The notes under the pieces are model-generated. The model ran no database searches and was not told the origin of the DNA. It saw only the letters and a program-made list of their open reading frames with translations. A stretch of 64,000 nucleotides of DNA from Gonapodya sp. JEL0774 (lineage: Eukaryota): positions 1-64,000 of the forward strand of contig JADIIX010000109.1 of the NCBI GenBank assembly GCA_027604505.1, read 5' to 3'. Shown here piece by piece: positions 60,287 through 64,000 of this stretch (its first letter is position 1; each line of letters begins with the position of its first letter). A program made the position numbers and the translations under genes.

Positions 60287-63200
60287 TTAGGCATTCATCC
60301 AAACCTCACTCAGGAGCATGGATTGTGCCTCTGCAAGTTTCGGTGTCTTTGAGCGGGTTTGTCTGCTAATCTTCCCAGGCTCGGTGCTCTGAGCAGCAGC
60401 AGCACGCCCAGCTCTGCCTTTATGTTTGTGCGCCTTCTTCTTCTCCTTAAGCTCAGCTGCCAAGGTTGGGAAGCGACATGCAAACTCTGCGATCATGTCC
60501 ACTCCGTCAATCTTGCCTTCCTGAATCCACTCAGGCTCATTGTAGTCAACAAATTTGACCCAGTACTCAACATGGTCCTCAGCCCAATGGCCATGGATGA
60601 TTGCTTCCATGACGAAACTTGATTCCTTTTCGGGTGTTGACACTACAGGAGTGGGGTACTCTCTCAAAGGTAGTTGGCCCGGATCTGAGGTTAGATCAAT
60701 CGTGTCGTCCTCAGGCTGAGCAGGTGCAGCTGCAACACCTCCCACTGACACGTACGGCTTGATCTTCCTCATGCAATTTACATGGGCTTGAATCACTTTG
60801 CCTGATCAGAAGTGTTCGAGTCGGTATGTGACCTCTGTGAGTTGCTCCACAGCCCTGAAAGGTCCTATCCATCCTGACAAAACTTGGTACTCTCGCCTTT
60901 GCGATGAGCTTCATCCGAATAAACCATCATGGTAGAGTCTACGTCAAATGTAACCTCTACCGGTTGTAAATGGTATTTCATCTTGCGGACTTTGGCTGAT
61001 GTGATCAATTGCTCTCTGAGCGTATCATAAAACACTGCCATAGCTTTCACCAGTGGCATGGATTGCTCTCCCTCCTCCACCGCACACTGAACGCCAGTGA
61101 TGATATCAGTTGGGAGACAAGGGTTGGAACCAGTTGCCACAAACATAGGGGAAAACCCCATAGTTGTGTGCACTTGCATGTTGTACACAAACTGGATAGG
61201 CACTATGTGCTTATCCCAGTCGGTCTGATTTCTTGTAGAAACCTGTGCATACAAAGCGTTCTGCATACGGCTTACCTGCTGGGTGTCCCGCTGTGGAGAA
61301 TGTATCACAGAATCGCACTTCCTTTGCCAAAATCTCCATCACTTTATTGGCAAACGCGGAGCCTTTGTCCGAGTGGATACGCACAGGTATTCCACAACGT
61401 AAAACCCAAAGCTTCAACAGCGCCATTGCTGTGATCATTGCAGACGTATCCAGAACCGGAACCATCTCTGTAATTCTATTAAACATATCCATTATCACTG
61501 GGATGTGTGTATTACCGCTTATTGTTTCTGGAAACGGCCCTGTGTGATTCAGGCAGAAGTCATCACATGGTTGCGCAGCTATAAAGTCAAACAGTTTCAA
61601 CAACCCATGATGTGTCGGCCAGTTGAGGGTTCTACTTTGCCATGTCAAGCATTTACGAACGTGCTCCCTTACTTTCGTAGCCATGTTAAACCAATAAAAC
61701 TTCCCAACCATTGTGGCAAGCATAATTGTTAATCCAATGTGTCCACTTGTTGGATTGTTGTGGAACATTCTCAACATTTCTGCTTGTTGTGCTTTAGGCA
61801 CTACAATCTGCAGTGGTTTCTTAGTCAATCCGTCAATGCTTTGCTCATCTGGTTTCCTGTGAGCACGTGTGACTGTGCACACAAGCAAACCATTCTCAAT
61901 GGCAAGGTCCTTTGACACGGGTGTTGCTTCAATGAATTCCTCTGCTTGTGGCTCGGCGGCTGTAGCCGTTTGCTCAAGCACAGCGAAGACTCTTGCAAGA
62001 TCAGGATCACTGCGCTGATCTGAAGCCCATTGCTCTCAGTACACTAGACCATCCCATGAAGCAGAAGCAAAAGCTTCTGTAGCTTCATTACTGAGTGCAT
62101 TGTACCCATGGAGGACTTAACAACTCCAGATGGTGTTATTGTCAGGTATTCCCTTGTGTGACACTCATTCGGCAAATCCCCCTTTGATTGTTGATCACCG
62201 TAGGTGGGAATCTCTGGGTCAACATCCATTGTGTGTTTGTCTGCATTCTCCATTCGAGATAATGTGTCAACGTTCACCTTTGTTGAACCAGGCCGATAGC
62301 GTATGGTATAATCATGCTCAGACAATCTAATTGCCCATCGCGCTAATTTACCAGTGCTTGCTGGATTTGTCAAAAACTTCAATGACTCGTGATCTGTTTG
62401 CAGTTCAAACTTTGAGCGCATCAAGTGATGACAAAAGAACTTGCATCCCCAGATTGCGGCGTATGCCTCACGTTCCCTGGTATCCACTTCTGCTCAGCCT
62501 TTGTGAACTTCTCACTACCAATACTAACAACCTATGGATGTCCTTGATCGTCCAATTGTTCAAGAATAACACCCAGTACAATTCCTGATGCATCTGTCTT
62601 AAGAACAAATGGTTTGGAGTAATTGGGTCTCCGGAGGACGCTTCCACTAAGCATTGCTAGTTTTAACGTCTGGAAAGCTGCCACAGCTTCTTAATTAAGA
62701 ACTAGTTTCTCTGCCTGCTTCAGGAGACTGCCAAGCAGTGCGGCTTTCACAGCATAGCCTTCTATGAAATCTGGATAATACCCTGTTAAACTGAGCCAAT
62801 GTTCAAGTTCCTTCAGATTATGAGGGACATTAAATGTTCTCATGGCTTCGACTTTCTTCAGGTCCATTTTGATCACACTGTCAGCAGTGATAACATTCCC
62901 AAGGTATGGTGTCTCACCATGGCAAAAGTTGCACTTTGCTGCATGAAGCTTCAGATTAGCTTTGCGGAGCCATCTAAACAACTCTTCCAGATGATCCAGA
63001 TGCTTGTTGAAGGTATGAGAGAATCCTAGAATGTCGTCCATATAGACTACCAGACATTCCCAGTTCATACCTCGAACAACATCATCCATCAAACATTGGA
63101 ACGTAGCCGGAGCATTGGTCAAACCAAACGGCATACGTATGAATTGATACAATCCTGAGTGGGTGCTGAAGGCAGTCTTCTCACGATCCCGATCAGCGAT

Positions 63201-64000
63201 AGGTATATTCCAATAACCCCACGTTATATCCAACGCGGAATAAAACTTTGCATTCTGTGTTGCAGCTAATAAATCATCAATTCATGGCAAAGGATAAACA
63301 TCCTTTTTTGTTGTGGCATTGAGTTTATGATAGTCAACACAAAAACAGAATTTCCCATCCTTCTTGGGTGCCATCACCACTGGGAAAGACCATGCACTCA
63401 TTGGCTTCTCAACAATGCCGTCTTGGAGCATCTTTGACTTATGCTCGTCTATTGCCATGCGGTCCCTTGGCACCACAATCGGCTTGAGATTGGACGTGTC
63501 AATCTCATGAGTGAGTGGATAAGCAACTGTACCTGGCTTATTGCCCTCACTGAAGACATCGTTGTTTTGCTTCAAGTAATATTGGAGTCTTCCTAGTTGT
63601 TCATCTGTTAGGCATGTCCCTTCCAGATTCAGATCATTCATCCCATGATCTGCAGATGACAACACTGGTGTTTCTTGCTCTTGCATCGACATGAGCACAC
63701 CTTGCCTTGTAAACCTTACAGTTTCCTTTGGCGTCTTAGGTTTAAGGACAAATAAATTGTATTTCTCCCTCTTCACAGTTTTGAAGTACGCTACCTGTGT
63801 GCCTTTGGGGACTTCTATGTCCTCACCAGAGTAGTTCTCCAACATAACAGTTGTCACACCGTTCTTAAGATCACGGCAAGAGTTCGGTACTACCAGCTTA
63901 TTACAAAGACTTGTAGTATTATGGTACCAAGCCAGGCCTCATGCATCTTGCAGAGCCTCTCTTTGGTGTTTCTCAATTGGAGGCACATCGACTAAGTGCC
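60287..64000 (-). mobile_element. Second decayed Ty3/Gypsy retrotransposon (RT - RNase H - IN - chromodomain), runs off the window end
   Basis: WSFPVVMAPKKDGKFCFCVDY, RMPFGLTNAPATFQ, YMDD, FVLKTDASG, EREAYAAIWG, TDHESL, KLARW, zinc finger HNNPTSGH, RIHSDKGSAF, chromodomain FVMEAII...EYWVKFVDYNEPEWI. Many stops and frameshifts. Confidence 0.92.

Overview
Eukaryotic genomic DNA with many short spliceosomal introns. The IFT144/WDR19 gene plus fungal-type genes suggest a flagellated (zoosporic, chytrid-like) fungus; this is inference. The left ~36 kb is gene-rich: an intron-rich prokaryote-type TrpB2, an F-box protein, WDR19/IFT144, a ZnT9-like cation efflux transporter, SmB (with a U24-like C/D snoRNA in its last intron), mitochondrial S8, RPL11, a zf-HIT protein, DNA ligase IV and a few unknown genes. 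It also holds a ~170-bp-arm foldback inverted repeat and a palindrome array just upstream of LIG4. The right ~27 kb is a nest of decayed retroelements: two chromodomain Ty3/Gypsy elements, a LINE, and a DIRS-like tyrosine-recombinase element with an N6-adenine MTase domain. These carry a CpG-deamination signature, and a single intact tRNA-Ala(AGC) gene sits among them. All calls come from reading motifs by eye; no database searches were run, and exon boundaries are predictions.
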